From the NCBI GenBank assembly GCA_964016885.1, contig OZ024740.1, positions 169,880,001 to 169,944,000 of the forward strand: DNA of 64,000 bases. Reading direction: 5' to 3'. This document shows positions 1 through 11,154 of the stretch, piece after piece; positions within the stretch are counted from its first letter, which is position 1; each line of letters opens with the position of its first letter. The position numbers and the translations under genes are program-made. The notes under the pieces were generated by a model that saw nothing but the letters and a program-made list of their open reading frames with translations, was not told the DNA's origin and searched no databases. This stretch comes from Eledone cirrhosa. Lineage: Eukaryota.

Positions 1-54
1 AGTTACAAACATTTATATTTGTTGAATTACCAACAAATTGAATATCCCTTTTTG

Positions 55-57
<3 letters not shown>
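1..57 (+). mobile_element. Tail fragment of (TA)n-associated HHR element family H (same family as 42082-42486)
   Basis: tatatttgttgaattaccaacaaattgaatatccctttttgct is close to the reverse complement of agcaaagtgatatttaatttgttggtaattcaacaaatata at 42083; it abuts (TA)n. Confidence 0.6.
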
Positions 58-88
<31 letters not shown>

Positions 89-89
<1 letters not shown>

Positions 90-1272
90 CGGCGGACAAC
101 GGAGGCGTCATGGTGGTGTGGCGCGCTGAACTCTACACGGCCGAAGCCCTCAGGAAGCTCCGTAGCCCCCTCTTCTTCCGCCCTTTACCCTCCGACCCCG
201 CACCCCTCTACCAACAACAAGTCTCCTCTACCATCCCCCATCTTGTCTCCTCCTCCCTCCTCCCTCCCACCGCTTCCCACCTCATCGTCCGCACCGTCCA
301 CAACCCCACTATCTACTTTTTCCCCAAACTCCACAAACCCGACGACCCCGGCCGCCTCATCGTCTCCGCTTGCAACTTCCCCACCTTGCAACTCATCTCC
401 GCCTTTCTTGACTCCAGCCTCGCCCCCCTCCTCACCACCCTCCCCTCCCACATCTCCGAAACCAACCACGCCCTTCGCCTATTCGAATCCTTCACTTTAC
501 CACACGGCCCACAGCCCCTCCTCTTCACCCTAGATATCAAGTCACTTTATACTATCATCCCCCTCGCCGACGGCCTACGTGCCCTCAAGCACTACCTCGA
601 CCTTCGCCCCTCCAAACCCCCTCTACCCCCCACCCTCCTTCGCCTCGCCGAGATGGTCCTAACCCTCAACTGCTTCGCCTTCTCGGGTGAGGTTTACCAA
701 CGGGTCACCGGTGTAGCCATAGGCACAAGTATGGGCCCAACTATGCCAACCTTTTCGTTGGCCATGTTGAGGCCCAAATCTTTGCCCAGTACACCGGCCC
801 CACGCCCTAACTGTACGGTCGTTACATCGACGACTGTATCGGAGCCACGACAATCACCCGAGAACAGCTCGACTTCTTTCTCTCCTTCTTCTGCTCCTTC
901 CACCCCTCCCTCCATTTCACCACCTCTATCTCCACCACCCACGTCCACTTCTTAGACATCTCCGTCGCCATCGACCCCACCCACCACTCCCTCGTCACCT
1001 CCGCCTTCTTCAAACCCACCTCCTCCCACTCATACTTCGACTTCACCTCCTCCCACCATAAATACACTAAATACTCTATTCCATACTCCCAACTCCTCAG
1101 GATCCGCGCCTCTGCAGCCGAGATGCTGACTTTGAGTCCCAGGCCCTTTCCCTAGTCAGCCATTTCATCCGCAGAGGTTAACGGAACACCCGCCACCAGC
1201 CTCAGGGTCGAACAACGCACCATCTTCACCCTCACTCCCGCCGGCCTGAACTCCCCACCCCTATTTCTTTAG
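89..1272 (+). pseudogene. PLE reverse transcriptase pseudogene (frameshifts, stops, internal deletion of most of the GIY-YIG region)
   Basis: ADNGGVMVVW (cf. ADKGxxxVV), FPKLHKP..GRLIVS, TLDIKSLYT, GVAIGTSMGP; shifted frame gives YANLFV, RYIDD, HFLDI, FFKPT, SIPYSQLLRIR; ends with EQRTIFTLTPAGLN, typical of a PLE ORF C-terminus. Confidence 0.85.
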
Positions 1273-2769
1273 CCTTCGACCGCCCTGTCCCCCCACACAC
1301 ATATATCCCCCACTAACACACTCCTCCTTTTCACCGCCCACCTTCTTGGCCCACCCCACAACTAACAATACTAACACCCCACCTCACCCCCGACCACCCT
1401 CCCCCAACTAACAATATTAACATCCCCACCTCTCCCCCTATCTCACACAAACCCACCTGTACATATATACAAGCACTCACACTATCCACACACCCTACTA
1501 CCACCACTAACCCTCACCCACACATCCACTCCAACCACCCCACAACTAATACCACTAACATCCCCCCGATCCCACGCACACGAACACACACACCCATCTA
1601 CACCGACTTACACCACCCAATCTACACACCCTACCACCACTGACCCACACCAACACACCCGCATTCAACCCTTTCCCCACAACCAGTATACTAACACCCA
1701 CTAACACACCCTTCACCACACACACACTCATCCAGACACGCACACACACACCAGTACACTACACTAGCTCCACCGTCCCCCACACCTTTTTAATCCCTCT
1801 CCCCGCTCCACCCACACCCCTTCACAAACACACACATCCCACTAACACCTCTACTAATACACACCCCATCCTCACATATGACCCCTTCCCCACTCCACCT
1901 TTCACACCTACCCATCCTCTCCCCTGTCCACCGCACCTCCGCACACACTGACACACTGACTTCTCCATCTGCCATTCTTCTCTGCTGCTGCTATGCCTTC
2001 TCCTGCCTTGACCCTCTGACCACTTCTCCGCACACACAGACACACAGTCCTCTCCACCTGTCATTCTCCTCTACCCTTATCCTGCCTTGACCCTCTGACC
2101 ACTTCCTGTTGCGCGTGCACCCCACATCTCCTCTCTTCCGACTACCACAACCAACGGATTACAGACCATCGACTATCGTTCCCACTATCCACTCCTTAAC
2201 ATGGAAAATAACCGGCAACTCTTCACACCCTCTACGGAACTACCTTAGGAACTTACCCACGGACATACACTCACAATTCTTTTTCGAACCACGCCACCTA
2301 CATCCACAAAACTTATAAACACCAACACACACGTACGTACCCCCACATATATACACATTCAGCCTCCGGAATCCTCCCCCCCCCTCCCCATCCCTCTGAC
2401 CCTCCCCATCCACACGCACACTCACACCGACCTACACCCCACTCCACACACACACCTTTTCCTGCACATTGAACCTCGTTCTTCCCCAAACTCTCACATT
2501 CACATACACACACACACACACGTACACCTACACACATACACAAACACCACCTTCAGCCCTCCCCGCTCGGACACCCCGCCTCCCTCTCCCCACTCCACCC
2601 GCCACCACCCCCTACACGCCCGACACGCTTCCACCACTTGTTTACCTTCATGTTTATTTTTATTTTAACCCGTTCCACCGTTCCCCCCCCTTTTTTCTAA
2701 ATGTCTCTCCACCACTCCCCCCCACCTCACACACATACACCCTCGGAACTCTCCTGCCACCCACCTTTC

Positions 2770-2801
2770 GCCCGAAGAAGGGCTTATGCCCGAAACGTCG
2801 T
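2770..2801 (+). ncRNA. Degenerate minimal hammerhead motif at the PLE 3' end
   Basis: CCGAAGA-A-GGGC(UUAU)GCCC-GAAA-CG-UC; U4C change and weak stem I. Confidence 0.55.
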
Positions 2802-2884
2802 TCCCTACCCACCCCACTCTCAAGAACGTGAAACTAATAAACCTTTGTTTGTACTGCCTCCCTGTTTTGTTCCCGTTCCATTTT

Positions 2885-2946
<62 letters not shown>

Positions 2947-3094
2947 TAATATATATGAGTAATATATATGATGAAACAGATACCAACATATCTGTATTTA
3001 TATTGCAAAAGAAAGTTAGCCAGACTGAAGAATATTACACGGCTCAGGAATATTTCCTTTCGAGCTAATTCCATTGTAAAAGAATACCTTACAC

Positions 3095-3177
<83 letters not shown>

Positions 3178-3179
<2 letters not shown>

Positions 3180-3685
3180 TATCAGAGAAAGCTTTTTAGC
3201 GATACTCCGGCCAAATTCCAACTCACTCAACAAGCATTAGGAAATAAGTGATTATATTCCCAATTATGTGTTCGGGGTGCTAACTAAAAGTATTGCGTGG
3301 AAAGTTGGCTGTATTATTTCAAATGAGATATATCTAATATATCTCTTCCCAGACGGACGTCTCGTTTCATTACAGGATTCCTACAATTTGGGTGAAATCA
3401 TACCAATTTATGTAGGAGCTTGTATACCATCAATAGATATATATTCAAGTGGGCTCCTATAATTCATCAGTGGGTGCCCCAATAATACTAATATTGATAA
3501 TCTAACCAACATCAGCATTTAGCGATAATCACTTTCTGTGCCTGAGGTATCTGTCAGGTAGCCAGTCCAGCAGTTTTGAATGAAGTGCTCGAACTGATTC
3601 AAAAAATGAGGAAGTGAATTACCGCCAAAAAAACACAATACATGCGCGTGACAATGAACTCTGAGAGGAATTCAGGCCACGTGCT
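3178..3685 (-). mobile_element. (TA)n-flanked non-coding element carrying an HHR
   Basis: Unique sequence between two (TA)n tracts with a complete HHR on the minus strand. Confidence 0.6.
3348..3474 (-). ncRNA. Type I hammerhead ribozyme with extended stem II
   Basis: Minus strand: CCCA-CUGAUGA-AUUAUAGGA...UCCUGUAAU-GAAA-CG(AGACGUC)CG-UC-UGGG; 9-bp stem II base, inner UCCUACA/UGUAGGA hairpin, GUC cleavage triplet. Confidence 0.75.
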
Positions 3686-3729
3686 AATATATATATACAC
3701 GTGTATAAATATATATATATATATATATA

Positions 3730-4161
3730 TGGAGAAAGACTGTATATGAGGGAAAAGTTGCCTTTGAGGCATCTCGAATCGCACACGAGAAAGTAAAGCG
3801 GGACGTGAGGAAGGGTATTGCTGTTGCACTTCCAGACGGCGAGGGTCCTCCTATGTTTCTGACATGCAGCGTCTGTGCGAGACTCTGCCTAAGCAAAGCT
3901 GGACTCGAAAGTCATCTTCGCAGTCATAAAGTAAGACCAGTGGTTGACTACCAGGCTGCTGTTGGAGATGCTACTCATCATGCTTGCCAAACATGTGGTA
4001 GAGAATGTAAATCAGCAGGAGGACTCAAGCGACATGCAAAAGTACACGAACTCCAACCACAGCCGACTATTCCCAGTAAATGTTTTGGTTGCCGACTCTG
4101 TGCAAGACATTTTAGATCATTGGCTGGGCTAAAAAGCCACATTCGATCGCAGCACTGTTAG
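3730..4161 (+). mobile_element. 3' end of an RTE-clade LINE ORF with three C2H2 zinc fingers (5'-truncated)
   Basis: Open frame from 3730: WRKTVYEGKVAFEASRIAHEKVKRDVRK, matching the WR..V..G...FE..R....KR..RK motif of RTE ORF ends; then CSVC..GLESHLRSH, CQTC..GLKRHAKVH, CRLC..GLKSHIRSQH; begins abruptly after (TA)n. Confidence 0.7.
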
Positions 4162-4169
4162 TTGCTATC

Positions 4170-4207
<38 letters not shown>

Positions 4208-4286
4208 GCTTATGTGCGTGCGTGTGTGTGTATATATATATGAATATGTATATTATTATTGTTGTTGTCGTTATTATTATTATTGC

Positions 4287-4329
<43 letters not shown>

Positions 4330-4493
4330 GTTATTAATGTATGTGTGTATATATGTGTGAGTGTATGTGTATGTATGTGTGTGTGTATATATGTATGTAT
4401 GTGTATGTATGTGTGTGTGTATATATACGTGTATATATATATATATGTATATATATGTGTGTGTATATATATATATATATATATCTTTTCCCT

Positions 4494-4545
<52 letters not shown>

Positions 4546-4546
4546 G
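4170..4546. repeat. Compound microsatellite (TG)n/(ATT)n/(TA)n/poly-T
   Basis: Seen directly. Confidence 0.95.
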
Positions 4547-4758
4547 AATGCCATGGTTGACGGAGGCTCGGCTCTGTAAGGTATAGTAATTTTTAACCGT
4601 TAAAACAATTGTAAATTGTTTAAAACTTGAACCAAATTGTTGATAAAGACACCCTCCTCCTCGTGAGAGGGGTCTTTCTGTCCGTTATTTGGCCCTTCGG
4701 GGTTAAATAACCAGTTATTGGGGTTTTGTACCCAAAATTTCATTTTAAACAAAAAAAC

Positions 4759-6859
4759 ATGGCTACCAAAAAAAAAAAAATTTCATACGTCACTCCCACT
4801 CATTCCGTCTTCTTCTTCCTCAATCATCACTACAGGAGAGAGAAGATTGTCTCTCTCCCTCCCTTCTTTAAATGTGTCTCTCTCCCTACCTTCTCTTTCG
4901 CAAGCGACGAAAGAAAAGAAAAGTCTCGTGCAAAGCGTGCAAGGTTTCTCCACGACGACGACGACAGCGACGAAACAGGTGTGCGGGAAATACGAAAACC
5001 CAGTTCATTCGTCTGACGTCAGGAATAATAGCAGTAGCAGCCGTAATAACAACAGCAACAGTGACAATGAAAACAACAGTAGCAGCCGCAACAGCATCAC
5101 CAGCAGCATAAACAACAACAGCATTAGCAGCAGCAACACCAACAACAACCACAGCAACAGCGGCGGAGGCAGTAGTCGTAGTACCTGCAGCAACAACAAA
5201 AGTACCAGCAGCTCTGACGACAACAACAACAGCAGAGAAAAACCAATCTCATTTGCAGGTATTGCGAAAAACCTGGAAACAATCCTCATAACAAATGAGG
5301 AATTAGAGGAAGCGAAGAAGATGGTGACAAAGAACGGACACCGAGCAATCTGCAAGGCAGCGAAAAATTTTTTCGAAACCCAAGAGCACTGTACGGTCAC
5401 GTACCGTACAGTAAGTACAAAATCCCGTAGGGTGGAAAGAGCCACAGAGGCCCAAATACAAAAAGCCTTGGGGTCTGTGTGGCAGAGGAAAACGCACATC
5501 ACCCGAGGCAAAAAATACGCCACCGTAGACGTACTTTTTGCCACACCCCAGGAGGCAAAGGCCCAATCAATAGTGACCCTAAGGAGCGAGGAAATGGTGT
5601 TGGTGCCCTCCTACTGCGGGCAAAAAATTGTGAGGGTCAAACTGACCCACGTCCCCCCCGGAATGACCCCTTCTTGGCTGGCCGCGTCTGTCCTCGTCGG
5701 AATCGAGGACAAAACAACTGTACTGCAAGTACAGAAAAAAGTAAGAGAAGATTGGGTCGGCTCCTCCATTGAGATGCTAATCCAAACCAACCAGGAGTGC
5801 ATCGAAGCTATCCCGGATGTGATAGACTTCGATAACGGCACTCAACTGCCCATAAGTGTTGAGGGCAAACGCCCGAAATGCTTTCGCTGTGGATCGAAGA
5901 CTCACCTCAGGGCCTTCTGCAACGAGAAGACCCTGAGAAAGGAGAAAACCCCCCTCCTCCCGAATCCGGTTCCACGGCTACCAGCAACAGGACAAGCGGC
6001 AACCAGGAACGATAGGTCCGTGGCACCCATACCCACTCCACGGAAATCAAAGACAGCAGCAGCAGTGGAAATATTAACAACAACAACAGCAATACCAAAT
6101 GCAGCTGCAACAGAGACTCCAGTGCAAACATCACCAACAACAACAAGTGAAAGAGTGGAGCTGGTACCCCTTCCCGACCTTACAGAATCAGACATGGAGT
6201 GTGAGGTGGGAGAGGGATGGCAAAAGGTCTCAAGAAGGCACAAACGCAGAAGCAGCGCATCGTCGCCTTTGAAAAGGGAGGAAAGAAATGAGAAAAGGGT
6301 AAAGTCTACTGCAAAGAGACCCACAGCAGCAACACCACCAACACCATCACCACCCACACCAGCACCACCATCACCACCGGCGACAACCCCACCGCCAACA
6401 ACACCTTCAACACCACCACCACAAGCACCAACATCGCAAACACAACAACAAAACACACACACCCAGCAACAACGACAAGAAAATAGCAGAACCACACCCC
6501 ACCCCCAGAAAAACAAATGCACGGCAATAAACACACACAACAAGAAACTAATGACTTACATAATTGAACACACAGACATTTCACAACAGGACTACATAAT
6601 ACCAGCACCAATCAAAACGCCAACTAACATAAGACTGCTAAAAATAGCACAGAAACAATACACAAACATTAAAACGAAATTCCCCAACGCAGTTGGTGAT
6701 TTCAGGGACCTAGGAGGAACCATTAATCGAAGAGTATATTCAGACATTCTCTTAGAAGAGCCGACGACCAGCCGAAGGGACGATTCAACGGTCCCTTCAC
6801 CAGACGATCAAGTGAAAAGGGATGTAAAAACCATCCCTCCTCTACCAAAAATACGGTAA
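4759..6859 (+). CDS. Tx1 ORF1 gag-like nucleic-acid-binding protein (probable ATG 4759, one-base frameshift in the A13 run)
   Basis: Frame open 4718-6859; CFRCGSKTHLRAFC knuckle-like motif, S/N-rich N-terminus, P/T-rich linker, WQKVSRRHKR motif; ATG GCT ACC at 4759 joins this frame if one A is removed from 4768-4780. Confidence 0.75.
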
Positions 6860-6894
6860 GTGGTCTTTCCCATCTTTTCCACTCTATTTTAAAC

Positions 6895-9800
6895 ATGACC
6901 TCACTCAGAATAGGCAGCATAAATGCGCGTGGCTTGGGGTCGTCATGGAAGCAGGGTCACCTGCTCAACGACCTCAGGTCACTAAACATAGATGTAGTGG
7001 CCATCAGCGAGACCAGAATCTCCGAAGCACGGGCCTTCGCACCGATCTTCGGCGGCTACGATGTGTACGCATCTCCCAGCCGTCCTGGATCGGGTGGAGG
7101 AGTTGCTGTGCTTTTTCGGAGAGGTTTGGATCTCGCCATACGGGCCATCTTCCTGGACCCAGAGGGTAAGCTGGTGGTGCTGGACGTGACCAGCGGAGAC
7201 GGGCAAGCTTTCAGGCTAGTGGCCGTCTATGCCCCGACAGGAGCAGGGCGGCCTGATTTCTTCCGGCGTCTGGAGACCTTTCTTGGAACGTCGCGCTCTT
7301 TAGTGTTAGTGGGCGACTGGAACGGGATCTTAGATGCACGCTGGGACTGTGTGGGATTAGCGGATAGGGGTGGAGGGTGCAAGAGCCTCACCAACCTGCT
7401 CAGGCGTTTTGAACTGTCTGACAGGTACCGATTGGATTTCCCGAATGTGCCAATGTGGACTTGGACAAACCGCATAGGGTCATCCAGATCATATCTAGAT
7501 AGAGTATTTTGTAGGGAAATAGATAGGTCTAGCATAGGCTGTCCACAATTCAAGATAGTCAGCTACACGGACCACAAATTCGTGATCTGTGTGCTTGACT
7601 TAGATAGGCTTCATAGACGAGGACCCGGCTACTGGAAGCTAAACGCGTCCTTACCAGCGCGCAAGGCCTACAGAGACCGGATTAGCGAACTAGTTAAGCG
7701 GGCGTTGACGGGGGCCATCGTCAACAACAAGTGGTGGTTTGCTCTGAAAAGAGCGATTAGAATAGAATCGATTAGGTTTAGTAAGGCTTTAGCAATAGAG
7801 AAAAATAGAGCAGAGGGAGAACTAGTTAGAAAATTAGACGAGGCGCTTAGCAAAGGCATTGCGACCGACGTGCTTGCGGCGAAATTGGCCCTTGACCAAT
7901 TCTTCAATGCAAAGCACGAAGGCTGCGTTGTCAGAGCTAGGGTGCGTGCTCTCAGACACGAGGGGACGAAAGCCGTTCAATGGGCCCGAGTGGCGGAGGC
8001 GCGTCGTGGCAACAAAGCCACGATCCGGTCTTTGGTGGACCACGACGGGCGCATGCTACTCGATCCCGGGCAAATGTGTGAAGCTTTTCAGCGACACTTC
8101 GCTCAGCTGTTCGGGGGCAGCGGGGGGCCGGGTAGAGGGATGGACTTTAGTGTCTACCTCGACGGACTGCCGCGGCTCTCGGCCACTGAGGCGAAGTGTT
8201 GCGAAAAGCCGATAACAGCCGCTGAAGTAAGGGAGGCAATGACTGGCTGCACAAGGGGTAAATCGCCTGGTTTGGATGGTCTGCCCTATGAACTTTACGT
8301 ACAGATGCCAGACTTGTTCGGAGGCCTCTTGGCGGACGTCTACTGCAACTGGCAACAGAACGGGAGAATTCCCAGTTCTGTGAGCCGAGGAGCGGTGGCA
8401 CTGCTGAGAAAGGATCCGAACAAGGGGGATAACATAGACAATTTCCGGCCCATAACTCTGCTAAACACAGAGTTTAAGATTTTGGCCAAGGTGCTAGCAA
8501 AGAGGTTGGCGCTTGTCGTTGGTGGTCTGGTGGGAGAGGCGCAGACATGCGCCATTCCCGACAGATCCATCCACGACAACCTCCACCTCATGCGATACAT
8601 CGTAGAGAGGGTAGCTAGGGAACCTGGCACGGGTGGGTCCTTGATCAATTTAGATCAGTCGAAAGCTTTCGATAGGGTCGACCATCGTTACCTAGCGGCA
8701 GTCCTGAGGGCGGCTGGCTTTGGGCCCGTCTTCAGAGGCTGGATCGCTGCCATGCACAGCGACATCTGCTCTGTGGTGAGAGTGAACGGTCACCTGTCGG
8801 AACCGTTCAACATCATGCGCTCGGTCCGCCAAGGATGTCCCCTCTCGTCCCTCTTGTACGTATTGACTCTCGAGCCATTACTGCACAAACTGGAGACGTT
8901 GAGGGGAGTCCCGCGCGAACTAGGATGCGGAAGATCCGTGTCAGCATATGCGGACGATGTCACCGTAGTGGTGTCGAACGCCAAACACATCGAGGCGATC
9001 GGCACTACACTAAGAGAATACGAAGCGGTGACAGGAGCAATGATCAACCAGGAAAAGTCAGTGGGCCTGCAGCTCGGCACCTGGAGAGGCAGGTCCATGC
9101 CGTCCAACAGCGTCGTCGGGCGCTGGACGGACGGACCGGTTAAATTGCTAGGGGTCTGGTTCGGTCCGGACCTCCAGACGGACAAAAACTGGGACGAGGT
9201 GACGAGCAGGGTGGCTTCTCTCACCCAGAAATGGGCGGAGAGGAAGCTATCCCTGAAAGGTCGAGCGGAGGTGGCTAACGCGTACATCGCGTCTGTCATC
9301 TGCTACCGCCTAACCGTCGTACCTTGTCCTAAGCCTCGCCTGACTGCGCTGGAGCGTTTGCTCTTTCGCTTTTTGTGGAAGGGACGTGCTCCGATGGTCA
9401 GGCGGTCCATCTGTTGTCAACACCCGCTACGTGGAGGGCTGGGCATGCCGTGGCTGATGATGCGCAGGCACGCGCTCAGGCTACGACATCTCCACCTCTT
9501 CCTCGACGGTGATCAGGTGTGGTCGCCGTTTGCTAGACGCGTTTTTCCCCAGCTCGTTTCCTTGACGGAGCTGCAGTCCTGGGTCAAGCGAAGACCGAGA
9601 GGGAGCGCCTGGAGACTGGAATGTCTTCAGGCGCTCACAGCCCTCGACCAATCGGGCAATGTGATCGGTGGAAACTCCACCTCGGCGTTCTATAGAGGAT
9701 TAGTGGAGGGGAAGAGCGACGACGTACTTGGGGAAACTCTAGGCGTCGACGAAAATCAACTAGCCAATCTCTTCGGAAGAACCTTCGGGCCAGGGCCTAT

Positions 9801-10314
9801 GGACAACTTCCAGAAATCTCTGGCCTGGCAGTGCTACCGAGGAGCCTTGCCAGTTCGGGATAAACTCTACAGGCATGGAGGTGCCGTCAGCCGGGCATGT
9901 CCGAGATGCGCGCAGGGCGACGAAACCGTCCTGCACGCACTCGTCCAGTGTCCGAAAATTGCTGACTTGTGGGTTTATGTCGAACACCTGCTGTCGCGTT
10001 TAGGACGGATCCAGCTATCATCTGAGTCTATCGTGAGGATTGCCCCGCCCTCCTCCTTTAGCCGGGAAGGGCAGGCAGTTTTTATCTGTCTGGTGGCCAT
10101 GGCGAAAGAGATAGTATGGTGGACACGTTTGAAAGGGCTGAAGACGAGCACTTACCTCTTCGGTGATGCTCTGATTGACTTTTTCAAATTTCATTTGAAA
10201 AGGAAAATCAGAGTAGAGAAGGAAGTGCTCTCTTCCCAGCATTTTGTTGAAAGATGGGTGAGAGAAGCAAGAATGGCCCGAGTGAATGGGCCGACTCTGA
10301 GTATATATCTGTAA
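6895..10314 (+). CDS. Tx1 ORF2: AP endonuclease, reverse transcriptase and C-terminal Cys/His motif (1139 aa, intact)
   Basis: SINARGL, ISETR, VYAPT, VGDWN, YLDRV, TDH (APE); KSPGLDGL, FRPITLLN, LDQSKAFDRVDH, VRQGCPLS, YADD (RT); CPRC..ETVLHALVQC. Confidence 0.95.
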   Translation: MTSLRIGSINARGLGSSWKQGHLLNDLRSLNIDVVAISETRISEARAFAPIFGGYDVYASPSRPGSGGGVAVLFRRGLDLAIRAIFLDPEGKLVVLDVTSGDGQAFRLVAVYAPTGAGRPDFFRRLETFLGTSRSLVLVGDWNGILDARWDCVGLADRGGGCKSLTNLLRRFELSDRYRLDFPNVPMWTWTNRIGSSRSYLDRVFCREIDRSSIGCPQFKIVSYTDHKFVICVLDLDRLHRRGPGYWKLNASLPARKAYRDRISELVKRALTGAIVNNKWWFALKRAIRIESIRFSKALAIEKNRAEGELVRKLDEALSKGIATDVLAAKLALDQFFNAKHEGCVVRARVRALRHEGTKAVQWARVAEARRGNKATIRSLVDHDGRMLLDPGQMCEAFQRHFAQLFGGSGGPGRGMDFSVYLDGLPRLSATEAKCCEKPITAAEVREAMTGCTRGKSPGLDGLPYELYVQMPDLFGGLLADVYCNWQQNGRIPSSVSRGAVALLRKDPNKGDNIDNFRPITLLNTEFKILAKVLAKRLALVVGGLVGEAQTCAIPDRSIHDNLHLMRYIVERVAREPGTGGSLINLDQSKAFDRVDHRYLAAVLRAAGFGPVFRGWIAAMHSDICSVVRVNGHLSEPFNIMRSVRQGCPLSSLLYVLTLEPLLHKLETLRGVPRELGCGRSVSAYADDVTVVVSNAKHIEAIGTTLREYEAVTGAMINQEKSVGLQLGTWRGRSMPSNSVVGRWTDGPVKLLGVWFGPDLQTDKNWDEVTSRVASLTQKWAERKLSLKGRAEVANAYIASVICYRLTVVPCPKPRLTALERLLFRFLWKGRAPMVRRSICCQHPLRGGLGMPWLMMRRHALRLRHLHLFLDGDQVWSPFARRVFPQLVSLTELQSWVKRRPRGSAWRLECLQALTALDQSGNVIGGNSTSAFYRGLVEGKSDDVLGETLGVDENQLANLFGRTFGPGPMDNFQKSLAWQCYRGALPVRDKLYRHGGAVSRACPRCAQGDETVLHALVQCPKIADLWVYVEHLLSRLGRIQLSSESIVRIAPPSSFSREGQAVFICLVAMAKEIVWWTRLKGLKTSTYLFGDALIDFFKFHLKRKIRVEKEVLSSQHFVERWVREARMARVNGPTLSIYL

Positions 10315-10575
10315 ACTAAAGGTGGAAAACTGGGAGAGGGCACTTGCCTTGGTGGTCAGGGTCATTGTGGCTTTTTACTGGGCTTTCTCCACAAATGTCC
10401 CTCCGAAGTCTCCCCCCTATTGGGGAATTTTTCACTGTTATTTTCATTGTTATTTTTGTTACATCCTCTATTTTTGTTTTTTTTACACGCAGAAATGCCC
10501 ATTTGTACCGTCCTGCATTGTCCTGCACTGTCCTTAATGTCTACTTTATGTAAACCCTTGTGGTTAATAAAGAAA

Positions 10576-10652
<77 letters not shown>

Positions 10653-11034
10653 TGTGCAATGGCCATACACGATAGCGAGGGGGCAGCCATCATATATATA
10701 TATATATATGTGTGTGTGTATATATTTATACACGTGTATATATATATACATATACATACGTGTGTGTGAGAGCGAGAGAGAGAGAGGGGGGGGGGTCTGC
10801 AGGGGTGTTATATATTTATGCATGTATTTGTTATTCTCTTTATTTCTCTATTTGAAATCTTATCAGTTTACCTGCCTGTTCTTGCCTCCTCTGTAACCTA
10901 CATTCACTTGTTCTTAGTAGCACAAACCAATGACGAAATCTATGGGGACATTATTTCCTGACAGTTTCTTTCATCCAATATTGAATTTTGCATCATTCTA
11001 ATAGTAATCTTTTGAATGATGTTGATGATAAAGG

Positions 11035-11035
<1 letters not shown>

Positions 11036-11120
<85 letters not shown>

Positions 11121-11152
11121 GTGATGATGGTGTTGATCATGAGGATGATGAT
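11036..11152. repeat. (GAT)n microsatellite adjoining the 3' end of the second Tx1 copy
   Basis: Seen directly. Confidence 0.95.
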
Positions 11153-11154
11153 AA

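Larger units (their letters stand above)
89..2888 (+). mobile_element. Decayed, 5'-truncated Penelope-like retroelement (PLE) inserted in (TA)n
   Basis: PLE-type RT motifs, then a long C/A-rich 3' region, an HHR-like motif at 2772-2799 and AATAAA at about 2836; (TA)n on both sides. Confidence 0.85.
4547..10576 (+). mobile_element. Full-length Tx1-clade (L1 superfamily) non-LTR retrotransposon flanked by (ATT)n
   Basis: Structured 5' UTR, ORF1 with a CCHC knuckle, intact ORF2, 3' UTR ending AATAAAGAAAT then (ATT)n. Confidence 0.9.

Noticed and set aside
3805-4161. Host C2H2 zinc-finger gene
   Set aside because: No TGEKP linkers or splice acceptor; the upstream in-frame motif matches an RTE ORF end and starts abruptly at (TA)n
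5902-9299. Antisense ORFs over the Tx1 element
   Set aside because: Shadow frames of GC-rich or low-complexity coding sequence
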